A stretch of 64,000 nucleotides of DNA from an uncultured bacterium (GCA_963841935.1 CAWJEP010000004.1:14975-78974); one strand, 5' to 3'; positions 19,417-29,497 are shown, counted from the stretch's first letter. A program made the numbers and translations. The notes: generated from the sequence alone by a model not told the origin.

Positions 19417-19923
19417 ATGTCAGAAGACACGAAGACGGAAAAGGCCACCGTCTACGAAGTGGGTTACCACATCGTTCCAACTGTCTCTCCGGAAAATCTG
19501 CCGAAAGAGGTGGACGCCATAAAGGCGATTCTAGGGAAAGTTGGCGCGAAGACTCTTAACGAAGAGGGTCCGAGGATGATGGCGCTTTCATATCCGATGC
19601 TCAAAGTTGTGGGACCAAAACGCGATTATTTTGAGACGGCGTATTTCGGTTGGGTAAAGTTTGAAGCGGAGCCGAAAGCGGCCGTGGAGCTTAAAAACGC
19701 TCTCGACCTTTCGGAAAAAGTCTTGCGATTTATCATCGTCAAGACCGTCCGCGAAAACACCATGCACGGACACAAATTCGTCAAAGAAGGCAAGGAAGCG
19801 CCGCGTCGCGCCGCTTCGACGGACCTGCCTACCGGCAAGGCGGGCAAAAAAGTCGAAGGAGTAAAACCCGAAGCGACGGCGGAAGAACTCGACAAATCTA
19901 TCGACAAGCTTGTGATAGAATAA
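19417..19923 (+). CDS. rpsF: ribosomal protein S6 with C-terminal extension
   Basis: YEVGYHIVPTVSPE…VLRFIIVKTV matches S6. Classic rpsF-ssb-rpsR order. Confidence 0.8.
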   Translation: MSEDTKTEKATVYEVGYHIVPTVSPENLPKEVDAIKAILGKVGAKTLNEEGPRMMALSYPMLKVVGPKRDYFETAYFGWVKFEAEPKAAVELKNALDLSEKVLRFIIVKTVRENTMHGHKFVKEGKEAPRRAASTDLPTGKAGKKVEGVKPEATAEELDKSIDKLVIE

Positions 19924-19950
19924 GGGCGTTAAAAATTATCCTCCATCACT

Positions 19951-20409
19951 ATGTATCTCAATCGTGCGACAATCATCGGCAATCTGACGCGAGACCCTGA
20001 AATCCGCGCCTTGCCATCCGGCATTCAAGTGGCGACTTTCGGCGTCGCGACAAACAGAGTTTGGCGCGACAAAGACGGCGCGCAAAAAGAAGACACCCAG
20101 TTTCACAACATCGTGGTCTTCGGTCGCCAAGCGGAAACCTCGGCGCAATATTTGCGCAAAGGCCAGCAGGTTCTCGTCGAAGGCAGAATGCAGACGAGGT
20201 CGTGGGATGACAAGACGAGCGGCGAGAAAAAATACCGAACGGAAATAGTCGCCGACCGAGTGCAATTTGGTCAGAAACCCGGAGGCGCGGGAGCGCCGAC
20301 CTCGAGCGCTTCAAGTTCGTCGGCAAAGAAAGCTCCGGCAAAAGAGGCCGAACTCGATACGATTGAATATCCCGAAGAGGACATTAAACCGGAAGACATT
20401 CCATTCTAA
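19951..20409 (+). CDS. ssb: single-stranded DNA-binding protein
   Basis: OB-fold N-terminus NRATIIGNLTRDPEIRALPSG and acidic C-terminal tip EDIPF. Confidence 0.85.
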   Translation: MYLNRATIIGNLTRDPEIRALPSGIQVATFGVATNRVWRDKDGAQKEDTQFHNIVVFGRQAETSAQYLRKGQQVLVEGRMQTRSWDDKTSGEKKYRTEIVADRVQFGQKPGGAGAPTSSASSSSAKKAPAKEAELDTIEYPEEDIKPEDIPF

Positions 20410-20445
20410 CCCGCCTGCCGGCGAGGCAGGATTAATTAAAAAATT

Positions 20446-20667
20446 ATGATTCCAACAGCAGAAAAAACAAATCAGTGCTTCTTTAAACAGCACGGCATCA
20501 CGGAAATCGATTACAAAGACATTACGATTCTCGAAAGATTCATAAATCCGCACGGACGCATCATGTCGCGAAAGCGCACGGGCGTTTCCGCTCAAAGCCA
20601 GCGCAAGCTTTCTCAAGCCATCAAGCGCGCGCGATTTATGGGACTTATGCCGTATGTAGCTAGATAA
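20446..20667 (+). CDS. rpsR: ribosomal protein S18
   Basis: DYKDITILERFINPHGRIMSRKRTGVSAQSQRKLSQAIKRAR. Confidence 0.85.
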   Translation: MIPTAEKTNQCFFKQHGITEIDYKDITILERFINPHGRIMSRKRTGVSAQSQRKLSQAIKRARFMGLMPYVAR

Positions 20668-20678
20668 AGAAGAATATA

Positions 20679-20714
20679 AAGCGGCGCGCACGAAAGTGCG
20701 CGCCGCTTTTGTTT
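20679..20714 (+). terminator. rho-independent terminator
   Basis: gcggcgcgcacgaaagtgcgcgccgc hairpin followed by TTTTGTTTG. Confidence 0.7.
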
Positions 20715-20864
20715 GACTTCATATTCAAAAAGAGTAATGTTCTCAATCAGAAACGCTCGTGTTTAGCTTTCCGAGAAAATAAAACGTGTGTCAGCCTGAA
20801 GTTGTCGCACGGGGCCTGAAGCCACTTTTCTCCCAATCGAACACATTGAAAGGAAACAATAGTT

Positions 20865-21422
20865 ATGCAACTCGGAATCGTCGACATCTACAGATTGTAT
20901 CGCCTTGGACTTTTGCCACGATGGATGTGGGAAAAATGGTCAGAAAATCTCAAGAACGAAGTTTCTTTGCCCGTATCTTTTAACCGTGAGAATCGCATTC
21001 GCAGGACTTTTCTTGGGATTTCTTTCGGCCTCGCTTGTCTTTATCCGGGGTTGACGGAACTAGAGATTCGGCTCTTTGGGCCGATATCCCTCGGTTTCTT
21101 CTTTCTCTACATCTCTTACACCACGCGGTTCATCCGGTGGGCGAGGGATGTCAAAAAGCTTTATGGGTATAGTCACACTGGTCTCAACAGCTTTTTGGAC
21201 ATAAGTCACAGGGAGTTTGAGCAGCAGGTTCGAGCACGGCTTGTTTCCATCGCTCGGGACGTAATCGAGCGACAAAAACAACAGCCTCAAGAGACGAAAT
21301 CATATTTGCGGAAGTTATTCAATCGGCACCATTCGTTCTTTCTCAAGTTTTACCTCGTTGACAGGTCTTGGAGACCTTATTTCAACGCGGCGGAAAAGCC
21401 TTTGGCTCCCGTTTCCGTCTGA
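20865..21422 (+). CDS. hypothetical protein
   Basis: 185-aa ORF with Trp/Arg-rich N-terminus and hydrophobic middle (GISFGLACLYPG…ISLGFFFLYISY). No recognisable family. Confidence 0.5.
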   Translation: MQLGIVDIYRLYRLGLLPRWMWEKWSENLKNEVSLPVSFNRENRIRRTFLGISFGLACLYPGLTELEIRLFGPISLGFFFLYISYTTRFIRWARDVKKLYGYSHTGLNSFLDISHREFEQQVRARLVSIARDVIERQKQQPQETKSYLRKLFNRHHSFFLKFYLVDRSWRPYFNAAEKPLAPVSV

Positions 21423-21425
21423 AAT

Positions 21426-21450
21426 CAAAACCGCCTTTCGGCGGTTTTTT
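21426..21450. terminator. bidirectional terminator between convergent genes
   Basis: aaaaccgcctttcggcggttttt. A-run and T-run flank a GC hairpin between the + ORF ending at 21422 and efp ending at 21454. Confidence 0.6.
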
Positions 21451-21453
21451 TGT

Positions 21454-22017
21454 TTAGCTGACTCGTTCGCGGTATTCTCCCGTGTCGGTGTTTATTTTTA
21501 TGATGTCGCCTTCATTTATGAATAGGGGAGCATTGACCGTGGCGCCCGTCTCGACGGTGACGACTTTGTTTCCGCCTTTTGAAGTGTCGCCGCGGACGGC
21601 CGGAGGCGCTTCTGTCACTTTGAGCTCGACGGTGATGGGAAGTTTCACTCCGAAAATTTTCTCGTCAAAAATGCGAGCCGTGACGACCGAGCCGATCTTG
21701 AGAAACTTTCTGCCGTCGCCGAGGACTTCTTCCGAGAGTTTGAAACGGTCCGCCGGATTGTCCGGCGCGGAGAACCACCAATCGCCACGGCTTTGATACA
21801 TATATTTGACCTCCTTTTCTTCAATTTCCGCTTCTTCGGCTTTTTCCGCCTGATGGAAAGTCAGCTCGACGACGCGACCGTTTATGACGCCCTTGAGCTT
21901 CGCCTTGTTTTGCGGTTTTCTCTGCTGCATTCTGAAAATATGCGCGTCGAGGACTTCGTACGGCTCGCCGTCGACGAGGATGACTTTTTTCGGCAGGATT
22001 TCGTTGTATTCAAGCAT
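21454..22017 (-). CDS. efp: elongation factor P
   Basis: DGEPYEV…, KOW-like domain and C-terminal FINEGDIIKINTDTGEYRERV. Confidence 0.85.
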   Translation of the reverse strand: MLEYNEILPKKVILVDGEPYEVLDAHIFRMQQRKPQNKAKLKGVINGRVVELTFHQAEKAEEAEIEEKEVKYMYQSRGDWWFSAPDNPADRFKLSEEVLGDGRKFLKIGSVVTARIFDEKIFGVKLPITVELKVTEAPPAVRGDTSKGGNKVVTVETGATVNAPLFINEGDIIKINTDTGEYRERVS

Positions 22018-22071
22018 TTTGTTTTTGGAATCGGAAAATCCATACTATCCGAGCCGCCGAAAAAAGTCCAA

Positions 22072-22215
22072 TTAAAGAAGGGTTTTAATCAGGCCCAAGA
22101 TGCCGATAAAGACCACCATAATCCAGAGGGGAATGGAGAAAGTCACATTGTAGACGGGAACAAATTGTATGAGGGCGCCGAGTGCTATTACTACGAGCCA
22201 GAAAAGAATCTTCAT
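22072..22215 (-). CDS. small hydrophobic protein (47 aa), hypothetical
   Basis: MKILFWLVVIALGALIQFVPVYNVTFSIPLWIMVVFIGILGLIKTLL. Two predicted TM helices. Below the ORF-track length cutoff. Confidence 0.3.
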   Translation of the reverse strand: MKILFWLVVIALGALIQFVPVYNVTFSIPLWIMVVFIGILGLIKTLL

Positions 22216-22218
22216 AAT

Positions 22219-23292
22219 TTATTCGGACTCCGCCGAGCCCGCGGGCGCGGGCTCGGCTACGGGTTCGCCTTTTTCAAGAGCCTGTTTAATTTCCTTGAGA
22301 ATGGTGCTTTCCGTTTTTTTGTTTTCTTTTAGGAAAATTCTCGTGGCGTCATAGCCGCGGCCCAAAGTCTCTTCGCCGTATTTGTATGAGCTTCCCGATT
22401 TTTTGATGATGCCGAGCTTTTCGCCCAAAGCGATGATTTCGCCTTGGCGGCTGATGCCTTCGTTATACATAAGGTCGAATTCAGTTTGCTTGAAAGGCGC
22501 GGCGACTTTGTTTTTGACGACTTTCACCCGCACGCGTCCGCCCATAATCTCGTCGCCTTTTTTAATCTGCGCTATGCGACGAATGTCGAGGCGAATCGAG
22601 GTGTAAAACTTCAAAGCTTTGCCGCCGGTCGTCGTTTCCGGATTGCCGAACATTACGCCGAGTTGCATTCGGATTTGGTTGATGAAAATAATTATCGTTT
22701 TTGATTTCGCGGTGATGGCGGTCAATTTGCGGAGAGCTTGAGACATAAGCCGCGCTTGTTTGCCCATTTGCGCTTGGCCCATATCGCCCTCGATTTCATC
22801 TTTTGGCGTCAGTGCCGCGACGCTATCCACGACTATGACATCTATTTTTCCGGAGCGGACGAGCGACTCCACTATTTCAAGAGCTTGTTCTCCGGTATCA
22901 GGCTGGGAAATGAGGAGGTCGTCGATTTTCACGCCGAGTTTCTTCGTGTATTCGGGGTCCATGGCGTGTTCGGCGTCGATGTAAGCGCCGATACCGCCTT
23001 TTTTCTGGGCTTCGGCGATGATATGAAGAGCCAGAGTCGTCTTACCCGAAGATTCCGGACCGAATATTTCTATTATGCGGCCGCGGGGAATGCCGCCGAC
23101 GCCCAAAGCGTAGTCGAGGCCTATTGAGCCGGTGGGCACGACGTCAAAATCGACTTTCGGTTTTTCGCCGAGCATCATTATCGATTCTTCGCCGAATTTA
23201 GTCCTTATAGCCGCTAGAGTGTCGTCCATATTGGGCCTGACTTTCTCCGTTTCTTTTTCTTTTACCGCGATTTTTTCGTTTTTCTTCGCCAT
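22219..23292 (-). CDS. recA: recombinase RecA
   Basis: [36 protein letters not shown] Walker A and full-length RecA core. Confidence 0.95.
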   Translation of the reverse strand: MAKKNEKIAVKEKETEKVRPNMDDTLAAIRTKFGEESIMMLGEKPKVDFDVVPTGSIGLDYALGVGGIPRGRIIEIFGPESSGKTTLALHIIAEAQKKGGIGAYIDAEHAMDPEYTKKLGVKIDDLLISQPDTGEQALEIVESLVRSGKIDVIVVDSVAALTPKDEIEGDMGQAQMGKQARLMSQALRKLTAITAKSKTIIIFINQIRMQLGVMFGNPETTTGGKALKFYTSIRLDIRRIAQIKKGDEIMGGRVRVKVVKNKVAAPFKQTEFDLMYNEGISRQGEIIALGEKLGIIKKSGSSYKYGEETLGRGYDATRIFLKENKKTESTILKEIKQALEKGEPVAEPAPAGSAESE

Positions 23293-23298
23293 ATAAAA

Positions 23299-23652
23299 TT
23301 ATTGTTCCGTTAATTGCAAAGTTTTCGTTGTTTCTTTGCCGAATTTATCGCGTCCATAAATCGTTACGATATTATATCCTTTTGAAAGAATAATGTCCTC
23401 GCTAAAGTTGCCGTTTTCGTCGGTAAATATTTGCCGGCCGTCCAAAGTCATAAACACCACGTTTTTCGCAATGCCGATTATCGTTATTTCCGTCGTCGAT
23501 GATACGGCGCCGTTTTCCGGCGCCGTAATGGATATCTCGGGGCCCAAAGCCAGGTTTCGAACTTGGAAAGACGCGTAAAAAATAAGTCCCAATGCTATGA
23601 CCAAAATAATTCCAAGTCGGATTCTTTTTCTGACGATTTCTCTTTGGTTCAT
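23299..23652 (-). CDS. hypothetical membrane-anchored protein
   Basis: N-terminal TM (LGIILVIALGLIFYASF) and a beta-rich extracytoplasmic domain. Start overlaps the ftsK stop. Confidence 0.5.
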   Translation of the reverse strand: MNQREIVRKRIRLGIILVIALGLIFYASFQVRNLALGPEISITAPENGAVSSTTEITIIGIAKNVVFMTLDGRQIFTDENGNFSEDIILSKGYNIVTIYGRDKFGKETTKTLQLTEQ

Positions 23653-25838
23653 ATAGCGTCTCCGGAGCTTTTTTCGTTTTCGGCGCCGCCCGTTCCAGTT
23701 CCGCCCAAAATGTCTCGCGGCTTGGCGCCGTCGGCGGCTCCAATGACGCCGCGCTCTTCGAGCAAATCCATTAGGCGGGCGGCGCGGGAATATCCGACGC
23801 GGAGTTTTCTTTGGATGTATGAAGTCGAAGCTTTGCCGGCTTCGATGACGGCGGCTTTGGCGTCTTCGTAAAGCTCGTCGTCGTCCTCGACACTGCCGTC
23901 GACAACAGAATCGAATAGGACGTTTTTGTCGGCGACGGCTTGTTCCGTCAGATTAAGTTCGCTCGGAATATCGTCGGCGCTGTTGGTAATGATAAACTTC
24001 ACGACTTTTTTCACTTCACCTTCGGAAATATAAGCCGATTGAATGCGCGCGGGTTTGCTCATTTCGCCGGAAAGATAAAGCATGTCGCCGGCGCCGAGGA
24101 GCTTCTCGGCGCCGATGGTATCTAGAATGGTGCGCGAATCGACTTGAGAAGAAACTTGAAAAGCCATACGTGCCGGAATGTTGGCTTTGATGAGACCGGT
24201 AATGACGTTGACCGACGGCCGCTGTGTCGAAAGCAATAAGTGAATGCCGACGGCGCGAGACATTTGAGCCAGCCGAACGATTGCCGCTTCAAGCTCGCGC
24301 GGATACGTCGTCATAATATCGGCCAATTCATCTATGATGATGACAATAAAGGGCATAGTATCCGGCGCTTCTTCGTCTTCGACGCGTCTCTTTGCCGCTT
24401 CGCCGCCGATTTTTTTGTGATAAGAATCAATGTCTCGGACTTTATTGGCCTCAAGAATGTCATACCGTCTATCCATTTCTTTAGCCGCCCATTTCAAAGC
24501 GAGAATAGCTTTCTTGGAGTCGGTAATGACCGGCGTGAGGAGGTGCGGTATGCCTTTATAGAGCGTCAGCTCGACGCGCTTCGGGTCAATCATAATGAAT
24601 TTTAGTTCTGCCGGAGAATTTCTGTAGAGAAGGGAAGTGATAATCATATGAATGGATACGGATTTGCCGGAGCCGGTCGTGCCGGCAATGAGGGCGTGAG
24701 GCATTTTTCCGAGATTGGCGAAATGAGACTTGCCGGAAATGCCGCGGCCCAAAGCTATGAGTAAAGGTTTGTCGGAGACGCGGAATTCTTCGCTTCCGAG
24801 TAGCGTGCCAAGACCCACGATGGTTTTCGTCGAGTTCGGCACCTCGATACCAACCAAAGATTTACCTGGAATCGGCGCTTCTATGCGCAAAGGGTGGGCG
24901 GCCAAAGCAAGGGATAGATCGTTTTGCAAAGCAACGATGCGCGAAAGTTTTACGCCTTCGGCCGGCTTTAAAGCGTAGCGCGTGACGGACGGACCTATGG
25001 AAACTTCATCCATTTCCACGTCAATACCGAAATTCATCAATGTTCTTTTTATGATGTTGGCGTTGCCTCTCACGTCTCCGACGCCCGGCGTGCCGTGGTC
25101 ACGCTCGAGAAGGTCTAATGGCGGCGGTATGTAAGCTTTGTCGCTTTCGCGAGACGGAGTTTTGATGAATGATTTGACGTCTCCTTCCGCGACGGCGATT
25201 TTTACTTTCTCGTCTTTTGTTTTTTTCGGTTTCTCGACAGGTTTTTCTTCTTCCTGTTCTTCTTCGCCGACTGTTATCTCGACATTATCTTCTTCAAACT
25301 CATCCTCGTCTTCTTCATCCTCATCTTTTTTCCACCAAATGGAAGAAAACAGTCCGGCGAAATCTATTTCGGCATTGAAAGCGATGATTATCGAAGCGAC
25401 GAGAATAGCAGAAAGGAAAATAACACTCGCCGTCGTGGCGAAAAATTTAACGAAAGGATACGCCACGGCGCTTCCGATTACGCCGCCATCGCCCGCTTTG
25501 GCTATGTCAATGAGACCTAGCGCGGAGAAAAGAAAAAGAAGCGAACCGATAAGTTTTAATATGTCGAATCGCTGATGAATGTTTTTTAGGAAAGCCACAC
25601 CGAGGGCGACGAGAATAATGGGCAAAAGATAATAGCCGAGACCGAGAAGATACGAGAGTCCTTGGTACGTGTAATCGCCGGCCGGTCCCGCATAAGAGCG
25701 CGCGGCAAGCAATGAAAATATTGCTACCACGAAAGCGATGATAGCGATAACTCCTTGAAGCGCCTCGTCGCGCAGACCGCCGAGTCTCCTTTTTTCCTTT
25801 CTAGATTTGTCTTCCTTTGCCGATTTTTTCTTTGCCAT
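23649..25838 (-). CDS. ftsK: DNA translocase FtsK/SpoIIIE
   Basis: N-terminal TM helices, acidic linker, motor domain GTTGSGKSVSIHMIITSLL and gamma winged-helix (SYIQRKLRVGYSRAARLMDLLEERGVIG). Confidence 0.9.
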   Translation of the reverse strand: MAKKKSAKEDKSRKEKRRLGGLRDEALQGVIAIIAFVVAIFSLLAARSYAGPAGDYTYQGLSYLLGLGYYLLPIILVALGVAFLKNIHQRFDILKLIGSLLFLFSALGLIDIAKAGDGGVIGSAVAYPFVKFFATTASVIFLSAILVASIIIAFNAEIDFAGLFSSIWWKKDEDEEDEDEFEEDNVEITVGEEEQEEEKPVEKPKKTKDEKVKIAVAEGDVKSFIKTPSRESDKAYIPPPLDLLERDHGTPGVGDVRGNANIIKRTLMNFGIDVEMDEVSIGPSVTRYALKPAEGVKLSRIVALQNDLSLALAAHPLRIEAPIPGKSLVGIEVPNSTKTIVGLGTLLGSEEFRVSDKPLLIALGRGISGKSHFANLGKMPHALIAGTTGSGKSVSIHMIITSLLYRNSPAELKFIMIDPKRVELTLYKGIPHLLTPVITDSKKAILALKWAAKEMDRRYDILEANKVRDIDSYHKKIGGEAAKRRVEDEEAPDTMPFIVIIIDELADIMTTYPRELEAAIVRLAQMSRAVGIHLLLSTQRPSVNVITGLIKANIPARMAFQVSSQVDSRTILDTIGAEKLLGAGDMLYLSGEMSKPARIQSAYISEGEVKKVVKFIITNSADDIPSELNLTEQAVADKNVLFDSVVDGSVEDDDELYEDAKAAVIEAGKASTSYIQRKLRVGYSRAARLMDLLEERGVIGAADGAKPRDILGGTGTGGAENEKSSGDAI

Positions 25839-25958
25839 GTCATGAAATTATAACAGAAAATATTTGCTTTTATTTTTGTCCTTAATATAATGGACAACAT
25901 TCGATAGTAACGATAAAAAGGACAAGCGAAAACAGCCGTTAATATATAAAGGACATAT

Positions 25959-26753
25959 ATGGAAAACAAAAAGGACACACAAGGCAATAACCAAGACAAT
26001 CAAAAGCAAATAGCCGGTATGACTGTCTTTGACAGCCGAGCCCACTTTGCTTTCGTCCAGAAGAAAACGGAAAAACTTGTCGCCGCCATTTACGTCGTTT
26101 CAAACTTTATAAAGGACAACGAACCACTCAAATGGTCCATCCGCGAGAAAGCCCTGGAACTCCTCGAGCTCGCGACACTTCTCAATTTCGTTTCTCTCGA
26201 CGAGCGTCGAGCGATACTTCGAAACCACCAATCGGTGGCGTCCGAAATCATCTCTCTTTCCGGCGTAGCCCGTGTAAGCGGTCTTTTTTCGGAAATGAAC
26301 CACGATATTATTAAAAGGGAATTCGAGACGCTTCTCCGCACCATAGATGAGAGCGAAAAGAAACAAGAGACTTCCGTCTTTGCTCCGGATTTCTTCGAAA
26401 CGAAAAGTCTTCTCGAAAGACCATCATCGCCAGATGTCCAATACGGACAAAATTCTTCCGCTGAGTCCTTTATGAATAACCGAAAAATTCAAAAGGACAA
26501 AGTGAACGCCAACCAGCCAAGAAAGACGCAAAATCAGGCCACTATAGAACAAAACATAAAGGACAAAGACAGGAAAACACTAATTATCGATATGTTAAGG
26601 AAAAAAGACGGTTTGGGCATAAAGGACTTTGTTAGTGTCATTTCCGGCGTAAGCGCCAAAACTATTCAGCGTGAGCTCCTTTCTCTCGTAGCCGAGGGCC
26701 ATATTCGCAAGGAAGGCGATAGGAGATGGTCTCGCTATTTTATCGCCCGCTAG
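25959..26753 (+). CDS. hypothetical protein with C-terminal winged-helix DNA-binding-like domain
   Basis: The C-terminus GIKDFVSVISGVSAKTIQRELLSLVAEGHIRKEGDRRWSRYFIAR resembles a wHTH. The N-terminal 180 aa are unassigned. Confidence 0.5.
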   Translation: MENKKDTQGNNQDNQKQIAGMTVFDSRAHFAFVQKKTEKLVAAIYVVSNFIKDNEPLKWSIREKALELLELATLLNFVSLDERRAILRNHQSVASEIISLSGVARVSGLFSEMNHDIIKREFETLLRTIDESEKKQETSVFAPDFFETKSLLERPSSPDVQYGQNSSAESFMNNRKIQKDKVNANQPRKTQNQATIEQNIKDKDRKTLIIDMLRKKDGLGIKDFVSVISGVSAKTIQRELLSLVAEGHIRKEGDRRWSRYFIAR

Positions 26754-26779
26754 CCATAAATAAGGCCATTTTTGCATCG

Positions 26780-26808
26780 TTGACGGGAATCGCGCCGTAG
26801 TATAGTAT
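26780..26808 (+). promoter_or_regulatory. sigma70-like promoter, TTGACG-N17-TAGTAT
   Basis: TTGACG at 26780-26785, TAGTAT at 26803-26808. It starts a ~500-nt leader upstream of surface-protein locus 1. Confidence 0.45.
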
Positions 26809-27040
26809 GTAATGACTGGAAAAACCCATTAAAACAAAGGCGCAAATCGACAAAATCGTTTGCGTTTTTGACTTCATAGGGTTATCCACATTTGTATATT
26901 TTGCGGCTGTCCGCCGCCAATATATAATTGTTTGCGAGGCAATGTTTTTGCCTTCCGTTCGTTGACAATTGAATATTCCCCAAAGAAGACAATTGTCAGT
27001 TAAATAATCAGTTATCTACTTTTCCGGCTCTGTCGACTTG

Positions 27041-27083
27041 GTGTGGCGATTCGGCGCATTTTTCGTGCCCCGAATCGCCACAC
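27041..27083 (+). promoter_or_regulatory. perfect 14-bp stem hairpin in a long 5' leader
   Basis: gtgtggcgattcgg [15-nt loop] ccgaatcgccacac. No T-run follows. The overlapping 62-aa and 91-aa ORFs are artefacts of the palindrome. Confidence 0.4.
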
Positions 27084-27304
27084 TAAAAGTGAGGCGGAAA
27101 GGATAGTAGTTCGCGTCTCGACGATTACGAAAGTAGTCGGCGGACAAAAACGTTTCGCTCAAAGCAGTCGAATAGCTTTGCGAGACGGGTATTATTATTC
27201 GTTCGCTTGCGGCGCTTCGGCGTCGCATTAAAACTTCGAATGCGTTGTCGCACATTATTAATAACGCGGCGAGCATTCGTCGAATTATCAAAAAACAAAA
27301 CAGT

Positions 27305-29393
27305 ATGACTAAATCAATTCAGACTTCAAAGGTAGTCGCGGCTGTCGTAGGTCTCGGACTTGCGGCATCTCTTCTCCTTGGTGTCTCGGCTAACGTGGCT
27401 AGCGCTCAGTCAATGACCCTCGCTCAGCTCGTTAACCTCTTTATCAGTCTCGGTATAATTCCGCCGAGCGAAGCAGCAGCCGCGCAAGCAGCTATTGCCA
27501 ACTCAGCAACAACCCCGGCGGCATCGTCCTACACCTACAACACCGACCTCACGGTCGGTTCGACAGGCGCTGACGTCACTGCTCTTCAGAAAGCGTCATC
27601 GCGAATGGCGACCTAGCCTCTGGTCTCAACACCGGATACTTCGGCGCTATCACGAAGGCGGGCGTTATGAAATAGCAGGCATCTGTTGGTGTTCCGTCAA
27701 CAGGTTACTTTGGTCCGCTTACTCGCGCGCAAAGCTTAACGGTTCAGGCTCGAGCAGACGACCACGACAACCACAACGACGACTGAATGGTTCGACGTCC
27801 TCGACGGTCACGAACACTGGCGTTGAAGGTGTCCTAACGGTCAACCTCAACTCCACTCCGTCGTCAGGTCAGAACGTCTATGAAGGCGATTCAAAAGACG
27901 GCTTGCTCGGAATCAAACTCCAAGCACAGCTTTCTCCGATCGACATTCAGCGCGTTCAGGTCGACCTCGGTAACTCGTCAAACTTCTACACGAAGTACTT
28001 CTCGAACCTTTATCTCGTTAGCGACACCGGACAAGTTCTTGCCCAGGCTGCGCTTAACCCGAACACGGTCACGAAGCAGACTTCGTCTGGTTCAAACGAG
28101 TATTACCTCACCTTCAGCGGATTCAATTACACGGTTCCGGGTGACAACTCGGTCCATGTCTTGACCGTTGAAGGCAGACCTCTACAGCTCAATCGACACA
28201 TCGCTTAACGGTACTGCCATTCCAGTCGTAATTGACGCGAATGGTATCCGCGGCGTTGACGGTGCGGGCGTAGACCAGTACGGTCCGACCAGCGGCACTC
28301 TCTCAAACAGCGTGACGCTTCAGGGTTCACTCTCTTCTAGCGCTCAGCTTCAGTTGTCTACAGACCCGTCGACTCCGCTCACAACGAGCGCTGTCGCTTC
28401 ACAGGGTTCAGCAAGCAACGAGCTTGATGGTCAGACGGCCCTCGTCTTTGACCTCTACGCTCAGAAGGATTGGATTCAGCTTGATAACCTCACCACTGGT
28501 ATCTACAACAGCAATGAATCGACTGGTGGTTCGGCCACGGCGACTACGGCTTATCTCTATGCTGGTAGCCAGCAGATAAGCTCGGCCGCAATCTCGTACA
28601 ACGCTACTGGAATTTACGGCACAGCCAACTTCCAGAACATTAACTACAAGATTGCTCAGAACACAACGCAGCCGTTCACGATTAAAGTTGACGTTAAGAG
28701 CGCAAACTCTTCGACGAAGACCTTCTACGCGACGGTTACGCAGAGTTACATCCTAGCGGAGAACTCACAGGGTAATACCTTGTATGTCTCCGGATCTACT
28801 GGCGCTTCCGGCAACCCAACGGTTTCCGGTTCAGCGACTGGTAATCCGATCTCCGTCAACTCTGGTGGACCGGTCTTCAGTCTTGTTGGTTCTCCGACAA
28901 TAACGACTGGCGCGACACCGGTTATCGCCAACAACTCGACGTCAACACTCCAGGCAGTGTTTAACGTCCAGATTCAGGCGCTTGGTTCGAACGTTTACTT
29001 CGCTGACCAGACAGCTTCATCGACCTTCGTGGTTGGTCTCTACCTTAACGGTGCGGAGACAGCCTCCCCGGCCCTTGTTGCTTCATCGACGTCAGTAAGC
29101 GTTCCTTCGAATGGTGTTGTTACGACAGGTTTGCCTTATCAGACCGGTCTTTCTACCGGTGCAGATGGTACTGCCTTCGAACTTCAACAGAACAACACTG
29201 TTACGATTCCGGTTACCTTCAACATGCAGGGTCGCGTAGTCCGCTTCTGGTGCAAGCATCACCTATGGCTCATACGCTATAGGTCTTGATAGCATCACTT
29301 GGTCTCTCGCGGGAACTGGATCGACGGTCACTTCATCCTTCATGAAGGGTCAGACGAGCTGGAGAACACCTACAGCTCAGAACTTCCCTTAAT
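27305..29393 (+). pseudogene. surface protein with signal peptide, PG_binding_1-like domain, poly-Thr linker and beta-rich repeats; disrupted by at least 5 frameshifts and one in-frame TAG (paralog of 38609..40893)
   Basis: Three track ORFs (27245..27616, 27495..28208, 28168..29289) plus frame changes near 27594, 27750, 27790, 28170 and 29250. An in-frame TAG at 27672-27674 sits inside LTVGSTGADVTALQKA(L)IANGDLASGLNTGYFGAITKAGVMK-stop-QASVGVPSTGYFGPLTRAQ. The N- and C-termini are collinear with locus 2. Confidence 0.6.
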
Positions 29394-29439
29394 GATGGCT
29401 TAGTAACTAACGACGAACCGCAAGGTTTGACGTAGTTTC

Positions 29440-29475
29440 GGCAAAAGCCGCCCGCAAGGGCGGCTTTTGCTTTAT
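29440..29475 (+). terminator. rho-independent terminator
   Basis: aaaagccgcccgcaagggcggctttt followed by GCTTTATCTATTTTT. Confidence 0.6.
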
Positions 29476-29497
29476 CTATTTTTGTTATACTTATTAT

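Noticed and set aside
20786-20865. Imperfect direct repeat cagcctgaag…ggcctgaagcc upstream of the 20865 gene as a possible repeat element
   Set aside because: Only two short, imperfect copies. The ordinary sequence redundancy of an AT-poor spacer explains them.
27016-27291. Overlapping 91-aa (minus) and 62-aa (plus) ORFs
   Set aside because: Both are generated by the perfect palindrome at 27041-27083 and mirror each other (…APNRHTKS…). This is a noncoding leader region.
27672-27674. In-frame TAG inside the PG-binding domain as evidence of stop-codon recoding
   Set aside because: It is the only instance in the window and sits in a gene with five other disruptions. A nonsense mutation (TAC or TAT to TAG) in a pseudogene is simpler.
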